From an uncultured delta proteobacterium (GTDB taxonomy: Bacteria; Desulfobacterota; Binatia; UBA9968), in contig CAWJBB010000021.1 in the NCBI GenBank assembly GCA_963840855.1, forward strand, positions 64,001 to 128,000: a DNA stretch of 64,000 bases, in the 5' to 3' direction. Made by a program: the position numbers and the translations under genes. The notes beneath the pieces were generated by a model. It was not told the origin of the DNA and did no database searches. It saw nothing but the letters and a program-made list of their open reading frames with translations. This document shows positions 19,623 to 27,903 of the stretch, one piece after another. Position 1 is the stretch's first letter. The number at the start of each line of letters is the position of its first letter.

Positions 19623-20405
19623 ATGAAGTATTATTGGTGGCTCGCGATCTGGCTGCTGCTCTATCCCGGCGGCTTGCCCGCGGTTCAAGACACCGGCACG
19701 GTGGAGACCAAGATCAAAACCGTCATGGTCGATCCCAATACCCAGGCGCCGGTGGTGGTTTTGGAATCCGTTGCGGATCAGAGACTCCTGCCCATCTGGA
19801 TCGACGTCGCGGAAGCGCGCGCCATTGCCCTGGAGCTTGAACAGGTCAAGACGCCGCGGCCTCTGACTCACGATCTGATGCGCAATATCCTCAACCGGAT
19901 CGGCGCCACACTCGAGCGCGCGGTCATCACTGATCTTCGAAACAACACCTACTACGCGATACTTTATTTGCGTCTAAAAGGCCAGGAGCTGCAAATCGAC
20001 GCGCGCCCCAGCGACGCCATCGCCTTGGCGCTCAGAATGAAAGCGCCGGTGTTCGCTGCCGCTCAAGTATTCGCTAAATCGAGGGCTGCGCCGACGCCTA
20101 AACGGGCCGACGATGGGCAACGAAAACTCGGCATCCAAACCCAGGATCTTACTGCCGAACTTGCCGCCCTCTTCGACGTCGGGCATGAGAGCGGAGTGGT
20201 TGTGGTCCACGTGGAATCCAGCAGTCCGGCAGCGGCGGTCGGCATCCAACGCGGCGACGTCATCACGAAGGCCAACGATACGACGATTAAATCCGCTGGC
20301 GATCTCGAGCGCTTGATTGCGGCGAAAAAAACCCCGGCTCAAATCAAACTCGAAATCATAAAAAAGGGCAAGCCGACGATTATCATCATCGACTTGCCGT
20401 CCTGA
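19623..20405 (+). CDS. DUF151 (bifunctional nuclease domain) - PDZ fusion with hydrophobic N-terminus
   Basis: LPIWI..AEARAI, RPLTHDL, DARPSDAIALA, then HtrA-like PDZ KLGIQTQDL...SPAAAVGIQRGDVI; GGAGG RBS. Confidence 0.85.
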   Translation: MKYYWWLAIWLLLYPGGLPAVQDTGTVETKIKTVMVDPNTQAPVVVLESVADQRLLPIWIDVAEARAIALELEQVKTPRPLTHDLMRNILNRIGATLERAVITDLRNNTYYAILYLRLKGQELQIDARPSDAIALALRMKAPVFAAAQVFAKSRAAPTPKRADDGQRKLGIQTQDLTAELAALFDVGHESGVVVVHVESSSPAAAVGIQRGDVITKANDTTIKSAGDLERLIAAKKTPAQIKLEIIKKGKPTIIIIDLPS

Positions 20406-20494
20406 CCATAGCCTGCGCGGATCAGTTATTTTGTCATCCCTATCTCTCCGCGAAAATTTACTCTTGTGGGTTGCACCGCCGGTAAGGTTGCGGT

Positions 20495-20971
20495 CTATGG
20501 CCCTTCTGGGGACTTTTCCGCCAGACTTTTAATGGCGGCGAGGACTTCCTTGTAGGTACCGCAGCGACAGATGTTACCCGAGAGATAATCCCGCACTTCA
20601 TCTTCTGTCGGCCGAGGATTACTGCTGAGTAATGCTTTTGTCGCCATGATCATCCCTGACGTGCAGTAGCCACACTGAAACGCCTGTTGCTCCAAAAACG
20701 CCTGCTGCACCGGATCCAGCTCGTCACCCTGCGCCAATCCCTCGATCGTCCGCACGTCCTTCCCCTCGGCGTTGCTCGCCAACATCAAACATGAACTTAC
20801 CGCCCGCCCATCGACCAATACCGTGCACGATCCACAGACCCCTACACCACAGCCCTCTCTACTTCCCCGTAACCGCAAATCGTCGCGCAACCATTCTAGC
20901 AATGTCTGATTAGGCCTCACCGCGGCATCCAGCTCCCGCCCGTTGACTACCGTATGTATCTCAATCTTCAT
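20495..20971 (-). CDS. Xanthine dehydrogenase family 2x[2Fe-2S] subunit (CoxS/CutS-like)
   Basis: GCGVGVCGSC, QCGYCTSG, ICRCG. Confidence 0.93.
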   Translation of the reverse strand: MKIEIHTVVNGRELDAAVRPNQTLLEWLRDDLRLRGSREGCGVGVCGSCTVLVDGRAVSSCLMLASNAEGKDVRTIEGLAQGDELDPVQQAFLEQQAFQCGYCTSGMIMATKALLSSNPRPTEDEVRDYLSGNICRCGTYKEVLAAIKSLAEKSPEGP

Positions 20972-23304
20972 ACGCTTTCCCCTTTGACCAATCGTAGTCC
21001 AGCCACGACCCGATCGGGCCGCAACGGCAAATCCCTGAGCCGTATCCCTCCCAATGCGTTCGCCACCGCGTTGCCGATGGCCGGCTCCACCGGCCCAAGC
21101 GCCGCTTCGCCCACTCCCTTCGCCCCAAAGGGCCCCTCCGGATGTGGCGTCTCAACGAGCACCGACTCAAACCGCCGGGGATGATCTTCCATCGATGGCG
21201 GCATATACTCCAAGAACGTCGAGTTGATCGGCTGCCCGTTGTCGAACACCATCTCCTCAAACAGCGCCGAGCCCAACGACATGATCATCGACCCTTCGTT
21301 CTGCATGTGACATTGCCGCGGATTGACCGCCTTGCCCGCATCCACCGCCGACACCACCTGCTCGATCGTGACTTTCCCGGTCTCAGTGTCCACTGCCACT
21401 TCGGCCGCGCAGGCCGACAAGAAAAAAAACGCCGATGCTTTGCCCTTCCCCGTGCGCGGATCGACTCCCCCACTGGTCTGGTTGTCGTAGCTCGCCGCCA
21501 TGCTCCCTACCGCTGCTCCGTAACGCGCTTGAAAAAGCTGCGATATACTCTTTTTCTTCTCCGGCGCTCCCTTTACTTGCATGTTCCCTTCCACCAGTTC
21601 CAGATCTTCGACGTCAGCCTCAAGCACATTGGCCCCTATCTCCAATAGCTGCCTGCGCACCTGCTCGGCCGCCTGTCGCGCCGCTTCACCCATCGTAAAC
21701 ACCGTGCGGCTCGAACTGGTCGATTGATCGAAGGGTGTTACGTCGGTGTCGGGAAACGTCACGCTCACCCGCTCCGGCGAAATCCCCAGCTCCTCCGCCA
21801 CAATTTGCGCCAGCGAGGTCTGCGTCCCTTGCCCGATCTCCACGCTGCTGCTCAACAACACGGCCGAACCATCGGCGTTGAGCCGGACCACCGCCGAGGA
21901 GTTCGACGGCGTCATCGTCGTCTTGATCATCACCGCCAACCCCTTGCCGCGCACTTTGCCGCTGGGCACTCGGTTCTCTTGTTCCGCTTTCCCCTTCCAC
22001 CCCATCGCTTTGGCTGCGCCTTTAAGGCAGTCCGCAATCCCCACCGATACCAACTTATCCCCGGTCACGAACACATCTCCTTCTTGCACCAGGTTCTTTA
22101 ACCTGATTTCCAACGGATCGATCCCCAGCCGCCTGGCGATGTCGTCCATCTGCGACTCATACGCCCAGCAAACCTGCGGCACGCCAAACCCCCGGTATGG
22201 CCCCGTCGGCGGCGTGTTCGTGTACACGCAGTACGTCGTCAAATCCTGATGCGCGATCCGATAAGGACCACCGGCAACCTCGCCGCCGTTTTTGGTCGTC
22301 GACGGCCCAGTCAAGGCGTAGGCCCCGGTATCATAAATGCCTTCCACCTGGCGCGCGACAATGGTCCCGTCCCGTTTCACTCCGGTTTTGATCTTCACCA
22401 CCGACGCATGGCAGTGGGCGGTTAAGAAAACCTCTTCTCTGGTCAACACCCACTGCACCGGCCGGTGCGCCTGGCGCGCCAAGGCCGCCGTCAACGGCTC
22501 CAGGCGCGGATGCACTTTGCCGCCATAGCCACCACCCACGTAAGGCACGATGACGCGCACTTTAGATTGCGGCAGATCGAAAAGCTCGGCTAACTGGGCG
22601 CGGATCGATGACGGATTCTGCGTCGAGGTGTAGATCACCAGCTTGCCGCCCGGCTCCCAATAGGCCAGCGCCGCATGGGGTTCGATATGCCCATGCTGGA
22701 TCTTCTGCGAACTGTAAACATCTTCAAAAATTTCGTCCGCCGCCTTGAAGCCAACCGCCACGTCACCCTGCTCAGCGTGATAGACGCTCAAGACGTTGCT
22801 GTTTTTCTCAAATTGAAATTGCGCCCGGTCGAGGCGTGTTTCCGACCTGGCGCTCTCGGTGTGTAAGATCGGCGCGCCGGGTTTCATCGCTTCCGCCGGA
22901 TCGAACACCGCGGCCAATGGCTCGTAGTCCACCGCGATCAATTCCAGCGCCTCCTCCGCGATGTCCTTCTCCTCCGCCGCCACCGCGGCAATAATGTCCC
23001 CTACGTACCTCACCCGATCCACCGCTACCACCGCCTGATCCTTCACCACCGGTCCGAAATAGGCATTCATCCCTTTTAGATCGTCCCGCGTTAACACCGC
23101 CACTACGCCGGGCAACTTCTTCGCTTGGCTCCCATCCACGCGCGTAAGCCGCGCATGGGGGTAGCTGCTGCGCAATACCTTGGCGTACACCATTCCCGGC
23201 ATCTCGACGTCCGCGGTAAACTGCGCCCAGCCCCTGAGCTTCGCCGGCCCGTCGACCCGGAGAAAATTCTCGCCTAGACCGCTCATTGTATTTTGCTCCT
23301 TCAT
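20968..23304 (-). CDS. Xanthine dehydrogenase family molybdopterin-binding subunit
   Basis: GGGYGGK, PYRGFGVPQ, EIGQG, GAKGVGE. Start at 23304 overlaps the stop of the FAD subunit (ATGA). Confidence 0.93.
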   Translation of the reverse strand: MKEQNTMSGLGENFLRVDGPAKLRGWAQFTADVEMPGMVYAKVLRSSYPHARLTRVDGSQAKKLPGVVAVLTRDDLKGMNAYFGPVVKDQAVVAVDRVRYVGDIIAAVAAEEKDIAEEALELIAVDYEPLAAVFDPAEAMKPGAPILHTESARSETRLDRAQFQFEKNSNVLSVYHAEQGDVAVGFKAADEIFEDVYSSQKIQHGHIEPHAALAYWEPGGKLVIYTSTQNPSSIRAQLAELFDLPQSKVRVIVPYVGGGYGGKVHPRLEPLTAALARQAHRPVQWVLTREEVFLTAHCHASVVKIKTGVKRDGTIVARQVEGIYDTGAYALTGPSTTKNGGEVAGGPYRIAHQDLTTYCVYTNTPPTGPYRGFGVPQVCWAYESQMDDIARRLGIDPLEIRLKNLVQEGDVFVTGDKLVSVGIADCLKGAAKAMGWKGKAEQENRVPSGKVRGKGLAVMIKTTMTPSNSSAVVRLNADGSAVLLSSSVEIGQGTQTSLAQIVAEELGISPERVSVTFPDTDVTPFDQSTSSSRTVFTMGEAARQAAEQVRRQLLEIGANVLEADVEDLELVEGNMQVKGAPEKKKSISQLFQARYGAAVGSMAASYDNQTSGGVDPRTGKGKASAFFFLSACAAEVAVDTETGKVTIEQVVSAVDAGKAVNPRQCHMQNEGSMIMSLGSALFEEMVFDNGQPINSTFLEYMPPSMEDHPRRFESVLVETPHPEGPFGAKGVGEAALGPVEPAIGNAVANALGGIRLRDLPLRPDRVVAGLRLVKGESV

Positions 23305-24149
23305 GCCGCACATTCGGTCAACGCGCGGCGCACCAACACCTGAACCAGTTGCCGTTTGTAATCCGCGGGACCGCGCAGATCATCGATGGGGTCCACAGCC
23401 GCTGCGGCGTTACGGGCGATTTCAGCGATCGCGTCAGCAGTGGATTTTTGTCCCGACCCAAGCCCTTGATCCGTTAAAACGACGGGCGCCGGCGACACCG
23501 CGCCCACCACGACACGCGCCTCTGCCGGCTTGCCGTTAGCATGCCGTACCCATGCGGCGACCCCCGCGCAGGGACGATCCTCCGATGAACGCGTGGTAAA
23601 CTTAAGGTAGATGCCTTTGACATTCGCCAGCGCTGGCGGCACTAGCAATGCGGTAAGTATTTCATCCCGCTCTAAACCCGTCTCGTAACTGCCGATCAAA
23701 AAATCGCGCAGTTTGACGGTTCGAACGTTGTCGCGCGTGGTTAACTCCACACTGGCATCGAAGGCAACTAGCGCCGCTGGTGGATCCGACTGTGAATCCG
23801 CGTGGGCCAAATTACCACCGATGGTTGCCATGTTGCGGATGCGAATGTTCGCCACCACGTGGCAAGCCTGAGCCAGCAAGGGGTAGTGTTGCCGCACCGC
23901 CGGCGCGCTCTCGACATCGAAGATGCTTGCCAATCCGCCAACCCGGAGCCCGCTCGCCGGCTCGTAGGTAATTTCCGCCGCGCCTTTGATTTTTTTTAGA
24001 TTGACTAAAGTCTTAGGCAGCAGGATGCCGTGCTTGATCAAAATCAAAACCGCCGTGCCGCCGCTGATAAGCTTGACGTCTTCGTCCGCCGAGAGAATTT
24101 TACAAGCGTCGTGAATCGATTTCGGTTCGAGCATATTGAAACGTCGCAT
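23301..24149 (-). CDS. Xanthine dehydrogenase family FAD-binding subunit (CoxM/CutM-like)
   Basis: ISGGTAV, IRNMATIGGNLAHAD, DDLRGPADYKR. Confidence 0.92.
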   Translation of the reverse strand: MRRFNMLEPKSIHDACKILSADEDVKLISGGTAVLILIKHGILLPKTLVNLKKIKGAAEITYEPASGLRVGGLASIFDVESAPAVRQHYPLLAQACHVVANIRIRNMATIGGNLAHADSQSDPPAALVAFDASVELTTRDNVRTVKLRDFLIGSYETGLERDEILTALLVPPALANVKGIYLKFTTRSSEDRPCAGVAAWVRHANGKPAEARVVVGAVSPAPVVLTDQGLGSGQKSTADAIAEIARNAAAAVDPIDDLRGPADYKRQLVQVLVRRALTECAA

Positions 24150-24164
24150 GTCACACCTCTACAT

Positions 24165-24239
24165 TGGAGACTGGAGTACTGGAGTGATGGGGGAAGGGAG
24201 CGATGTATTTCAAAACCCCATGCTCCAGCACTCTATTCC
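24165..24239. repeat. Inverted octamer-array hairpin (TGGAGTAC-type)
   Basis: TGGAGAC TGGAGTAC TGGAGTGA TGGGG ... CCCCA TGCTCCA GCACTCTA TTCC. Confidence 0.65.
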
Positions 24240-24264
24240 GCTGCACGCAAGAAATCTTTTTCTA

Positions 24265-25347
24265 CTATTCTTCCGCCGCGGCCCACAACACGCGAATGGC
24301 CGGCGGTTGCAGCCATTTTGTGCCACGCCTCTGCAAGGCGACTTCTTCCCAGGTATCGCCACGGTCATAGGTCACGTAAATCGCCCCTTGTCCGGGCGGG
24401 CCAGCCGTATGGCCCCGAGCAACGTCACCGAATGCCGCAAAAATGGAGTTCTGGTGGTAAGGATTGAAAGCCAATTGCCAGCACATCGCGGCATGTTTGG
24501 CAGGCAATCCCGCGCCGATTTGACGCCAGCTTTGGCCGGCGTCCTCGCTGCGATATATGCGTCCATGGACACCGCCCGGCTGGTCCCAATACTGCGGCGA
24601 GCCATGCCCGGCGGCTAAGAACATCGCCGCAGGCTCACCGGGAAGATTAATCAAGTCATGAAAATAATCGCTCGCCATACCCTTTTCGGCGCGCTTCCAG
24701 CCTTTTTCCGGCGGATCGGCGGAGAAGAAGCCGCGCGACGTTGCGGCGAAATATTTCGTCTTGCTCCCCGGCGAGCGTGCGACCATATGAATGTCCGGAT
24801 ACTCGAATCCGTCACTGACATCTTCCCAAGTTTGGCCACGGTCAAAGCTGCGTACGACACCGCCATGCTCGATGGCGATATAGATGGATTTGGCATTTTC
24901 CGGATCGATGTAAATATGCCGGATATGACCTTGATGGGGCGGCTGCGGGAAATACCACTTGTATTTGACCTCCTCGGGCATCTCGACGAGGGATTTGAGC
25001 TCCTCCCAAGAATCGCCGCCGTCTTCGCTGCGGTAAAGGTGGACCGGCTCGGTTCCAGCGTAAATCACTCGCTCATCGGTGGAATCTACGGTGACCCAAC
25101 GAATATCGCCCTCAAGTACGCGCCGCCAGTGCCTACCGGCGTCTTTCGTACGATAAAGACCGTCGAAGGTTACGCCCGCAAACACGGTTTCGGGGTTCTG
25201 CCGGCAGCCGTAAACCGAATCAACAACCTGATTCTTAAAGTAGGGCTCAAACTCTCTCGATCCTCCCATTGAGGTCCAGATATCTCCCACTCCTCGAAAG
25301 ATGATCATTCCCGACTGCGTACCTGCGTAGAGCCGATAGGCTTCCAT
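24265..25347 (-). CDS. BNR/Asp-box repeat beta-propeller protein, no signal peptide
   Basis: Repeated Asp boxes: RTKDAGRHW, RSEDGGDSW, RSFDRGQTW, RSEDAGQSW, TYDRGDTW. Confidence 0.85.
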   Translation of the reverse strand: MEAYRLYAGTQSGMIIFRGVGDIWTSMGGSREFEPYFKNQVVDSVYGCRQNPETVFAGVTFDGLYRTKDAGRHWRRVLEGDIRWVTVDSTDERVIYAGTEPVHLYRSEDGGDSWEELKSLVEMPEEVKYKWYFPQPPHQGHIRHIYIDPENAKSIYIAIEHGGVVRSFDRGQTWEDVSDGFEYPDIHMVARSPGSKTKYFAATSRGFFSADPPEKGWKRAEKGMASDYFHDLINLPGEPAAMFLAAGHGSPQYWDQPGGVHGRIYRSEDAGQSWRQIGAGLPAKHAAMCWQLAFNPYHQNSIFAAFGDVARGHTAGPPGQGAIYVTYDRGDTWEEVALQRRGTKWLQPPAIRVLWAAAEE

Positions 25348-25461
25348 AAGCTAGCCCCCCGTATGCTTACCGACAAACCCAAGCGATATTGGCGCGAATC
25401 TATTCCGAGCCGCCGGCGCCCGTCAAGAGCGCTACGCGGCTCCAATCAGGCTGGAAGTCAC

Positions 25462-25499
25462 AAAAAAAAGGGCAAGTCCGCTTGCGCGGTACTTGCCCC
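25462..25499 (-). terminator. Intrinsic terminator downstream of the UbiD-family gene
   Basis: Minus strand GGGCAAGT-ACCGC-GCAA-GCGG-ACTTGCCC followed by 8 T. Confidence 0.85.
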
Positions 25500-25525
25500 T
25501 GCCCCGAATAAACGGCGCGCCGGAG

Positions 25526-26965
25526 TTATTTTTTCCCGTTGGTTCCGAAAAGTTCGGCGCCCCATTTTTTCGCCGTGGCGTCCACCACTTCTTTGCTCGA
25601 TTCGGCCACGGGCGGGAAGTCTTTGATCCATTCATAAGGCCGGGTCGCATCGATGATCGCGCGGGAGTTGAAACCCTTCTTGGTCGGATGAATGACCGGA
25701 TCGAGGGGGCCGCTCCAACACCGGCGCAGGATATCGATGTCTTGCTCCGGTTCACAACGGGTGCACATCGCCCAGATCACGTCGTCGGTATTTGAAGGGT
25801 CGATGTCGTCATCGACAACCACGACGAAGCGGCCGAGATAGGCCCCCGCGTGACATTGCGACGCAATCACAGCGGCTTGCTTGGCATGGCCGGGATAGCG
25901 CTGCTTGATCGATACGGCCATCATAAGCCGGCTGCCGCCCGAAACGGTCAACCATACCCCTTTCACATCCGGCACGCCGGCCTTTTCCATTTCATCCCAA
26001 ATCAACGCGGAGCGTAAATAGGATCGATACCAGCCGAGCTCCGCCGGCGGACGGCCCGGGGGCGAACCGAGAATGATCGGATCGTTGCGGTGATAGAGCC
26101 GCTTTACTTCGACCCAGGGCTCGGCGCGCTCGGCGCTGGCGTAGTAGCCGGTCCATTCGCCAAACGGCCCTTCGACCTTAGGGTTATCGAAATGGACGTC
26201 GCCTTCGATGACGATCTCGGCATTGGCCGGTATCGGCAAGCCAGAGTACTCGCCTTCGACCATTTCAAATGGTGTGCCGCGAATACCGCCGATGAATTCA
26301 TACTCCGGAACGCCGTAGGGAACTTCGATGCTGCCCGCCAGGAAGGTCAGCGGATCATGGCCAAAAGACATCGCGATCTTAAACGGCTGGCCGCTGGCCG
26401 CATACTTTTCACGCTGGATACGGCCATGCTTGCCCGGGGAAATGTAAAATCCGAGTTTGTTCTTGTCGTGAATCATGACGCGGTAGGTGCCGTAGTTGAC
26501 CCAACCTTCGTCCGGGTCGCGCGTAATATCGACGCTGCCCGTGCCGATATAACGGCCGCCGTCTTTGTCATGCCACAGCGGGGTCGGAAACTTGAACATA
26601 TCGATATCGCCGTCTTTGTAGACGTTATCGAAGAGCGGGCTTTTTTTGACGAACCTGGCGGGAACCGGTTTGATCTTCTTGTAGTTCTCTTTCCAGATTT
26701 TGACGAAATCCATTTTGGTTTCGCCCGATGGCATACCGAGAGTGAGAGCGAGCCGTTTTCTCGACGCCAAGGAATTGGACAACACGCGATAACCCTTTGG
26801 ATAGCCTTTGATATCCTCGAACAATACCGCCGGCCCGTCCTCTTTGTGGCCCACCAGCTCGGTGATGGCACCGATTTCCAAGTTCCAGTCGCAGCCTTTG
26901 AGGGTTTTCAGTTCACCCATCTCGTCCGCGATCTGGATCCAGTCCCTAAGGTCCTGATATTCCAT
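25526..26965 (-). CDS. UbiD family prenylated-FMN-dependent (de)carboxylase
   Basis: DGGRYIGT, NYGTYR, AEIVIEG, EGPFGEWTGYY, VVVDDDIDP, IIDATRP. Confidence 0.93.
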   Translation of the reverse strand: MEYQDLRDWIQIADEMGELKTLKGCDWNLEIGAITELVGHKEDGPAVLFEDIKGYPKGYRVLSNSLASRKRLALTLGMPSGETKMDFVKIWKENYKKIKPVPARFVKKSPLFDNVYKDGDIDMFKFPTPLWHDKDGGRYIGTGSVDITRDPDEGWVNYGTYRVMIHDKNKLGFYISPGKHGRIQREKYAASGQPFKIAMSFGHDPLTFLAGSIEVPYGVPEYEFIGGIRGTPFEMVEGEYSGLPIPANAEIVIEGDVHFDNPKVEGPFGEWTGYYASAERAEPWVEVKRLYHRNDPIILGSPPGRPPAELGWYRSYLRSALIWDEMEKAGVPDVKGVWLTVSGGSRLMMAVSIKQRYPGHAKQAAVIASQCHAGAYLGRFVVVVDDDIDPSNTDDVIWAMCTRCEPEQDIDILRRCWSGPLDPVIHPTKKGFNSRAIIDATRPYEWIKDFPPVAESSKEVVDATAKKWGAELFGTNGKK

Positions 26966-27019
26966 TCCGTCCTCCTAAAGATTTGCAGAAAATTCGGTTA
27001 GCGCACATGAGGTGGCCTG

Positions 27020-27048
27020 AATTTATCGGAAAATAAGCCATGGGTCAA
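27020..27048 (-). promoter_or_regulatory. Putative sigma70 promoter of the UbiD-family gene
   Basis: Minus strand TTGACC-N17-TAAATT. Confidence 0.45.
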
Positions 27049-27117
27049 GACGACGAGGCGCCGTCAAACTGGGGAAAGCTAATTGAAATCAACACTTTCT
27101 CATGCTACCCCTGAGTT

Positions 27118-27588
27118 GTGCCGGGCAAGTTGAAGAGCCTCGAAGAACTCAAGTCCATCGCTTTACAAGCGAAAGCCCGCGGCCAAAAAGTCGTTTTCAC
27201 CAACGGTTGCTTCGACATCCTGCACCAGGGCCATTTGCACGTACTGCGGGAAGCGAAGGCGCTCGGCGATTTGTTGATTGTCGCGGTCAATAGCGACGGT
27301 TCGGTCAAGCGGCTCAAGGGCCCCTCACGGCCGGTCATCGGCGAAGCCGGACGTTCTGAGTTGATCGCTGCTCTGGAGATGGTAGATTACGTAACGCTGT
27401 TCGCGGAGACAGACCCCCGCCGTCTCATCGAAGAGATTCAGCCGGACATCTTGGCGAAGGGCGGGGATTGGCGCCCGGATCAGGTCGTGGGCGCAGATAT
27501 TGTCGAGCGAAGCGGCGGCACGGTTGCCGTAATTCCCTACTTGAGAGGTTTTTCAACTACGGAAATTATTGAAAGGGTGCGGAGCTAG
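27118..27588 (+). CDS. rfaE2: D-glycero-beta-D-manno-heptose 1-phosphate adenylyltransferase
   Basis: VFTNGCFDILHQGH, VNSDGSVKRLKGPSRP, KGGDW, STTEII. Confidence 0.93.
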   Translation: MPGKLKSLEELKSIALQAKARGQKVVFTNGCFDILHQGHLHVLREAKALGDLLIVAVNSDGSVKRLKGPSRPVIGEAGRSELIAALEMVDYVTLFAETDPRRLIEEIQPDILAKGGDWRPDQVVGADIVERSGGTVAVIPYLRGFSTTEIIERVRS

Positions 27589-27593
27589 AACCT

Positions 27594-27785
27594 ATGGCAA
27601 GAAGTTGCGCAATTTGCGGCAAAAAACGGTCCATTGGCAACAAAGTGAGTCACGCCAATAACAAATCCAAGAGATCGTGGCAACCTAATTTGAAAAGAGT
27701 GCGCGCGACATTTGCCGGGCAGGTCAAACGCGCTCTGGTCTGTACCGACTGCATTCATTCAGGCCGTGTTCAGAAAGTGGCCTGA
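27594..27785 (+). CDS. rpmB: 50S ribosomal protein L28 (form with four cysteines)
   Basis: MARSCAICGK...GNKVSHANNKSKRSWQPNL...CTDC. Confidence 0.95.
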   Translation: MARSCAICGKKRSIGNKVSHANNKSKRSWQPNLKRVRATFAGQVKRALVCTDCIHSGRVQKVA

Positions 27786-27865
27786 CATCTGCTGCCACAC
27801 TCGTACGCGTCAAATATGATAACGCCTGACAGAGCGTAGCTACGAGTATACCGTGGGTAACACGG

Positions 27866-27892
27866 GTTCAAAACGTTTTGAACGAATTGAAC
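27866..27892. repeat. Perfect 18-bp palindrome plus a 9-bp-period TTGAAC unit between convergent rpmB and rel
   Basis: GTTCAAAACGTTTTGAAC (27866-27883), then GAATTGAAC. Confidence 0.65.
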
Positions 27893-27903
27893 AATAAATC
27901 GAA

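Noticed and set aside
20968-23304. Aerobic CO dehydrogenase CoxL
   Set aside because: The active-site loop is PYRGFG, not AYxCSFR (form I) or AYxGAGR (form II), and no cox accessory genes are present.
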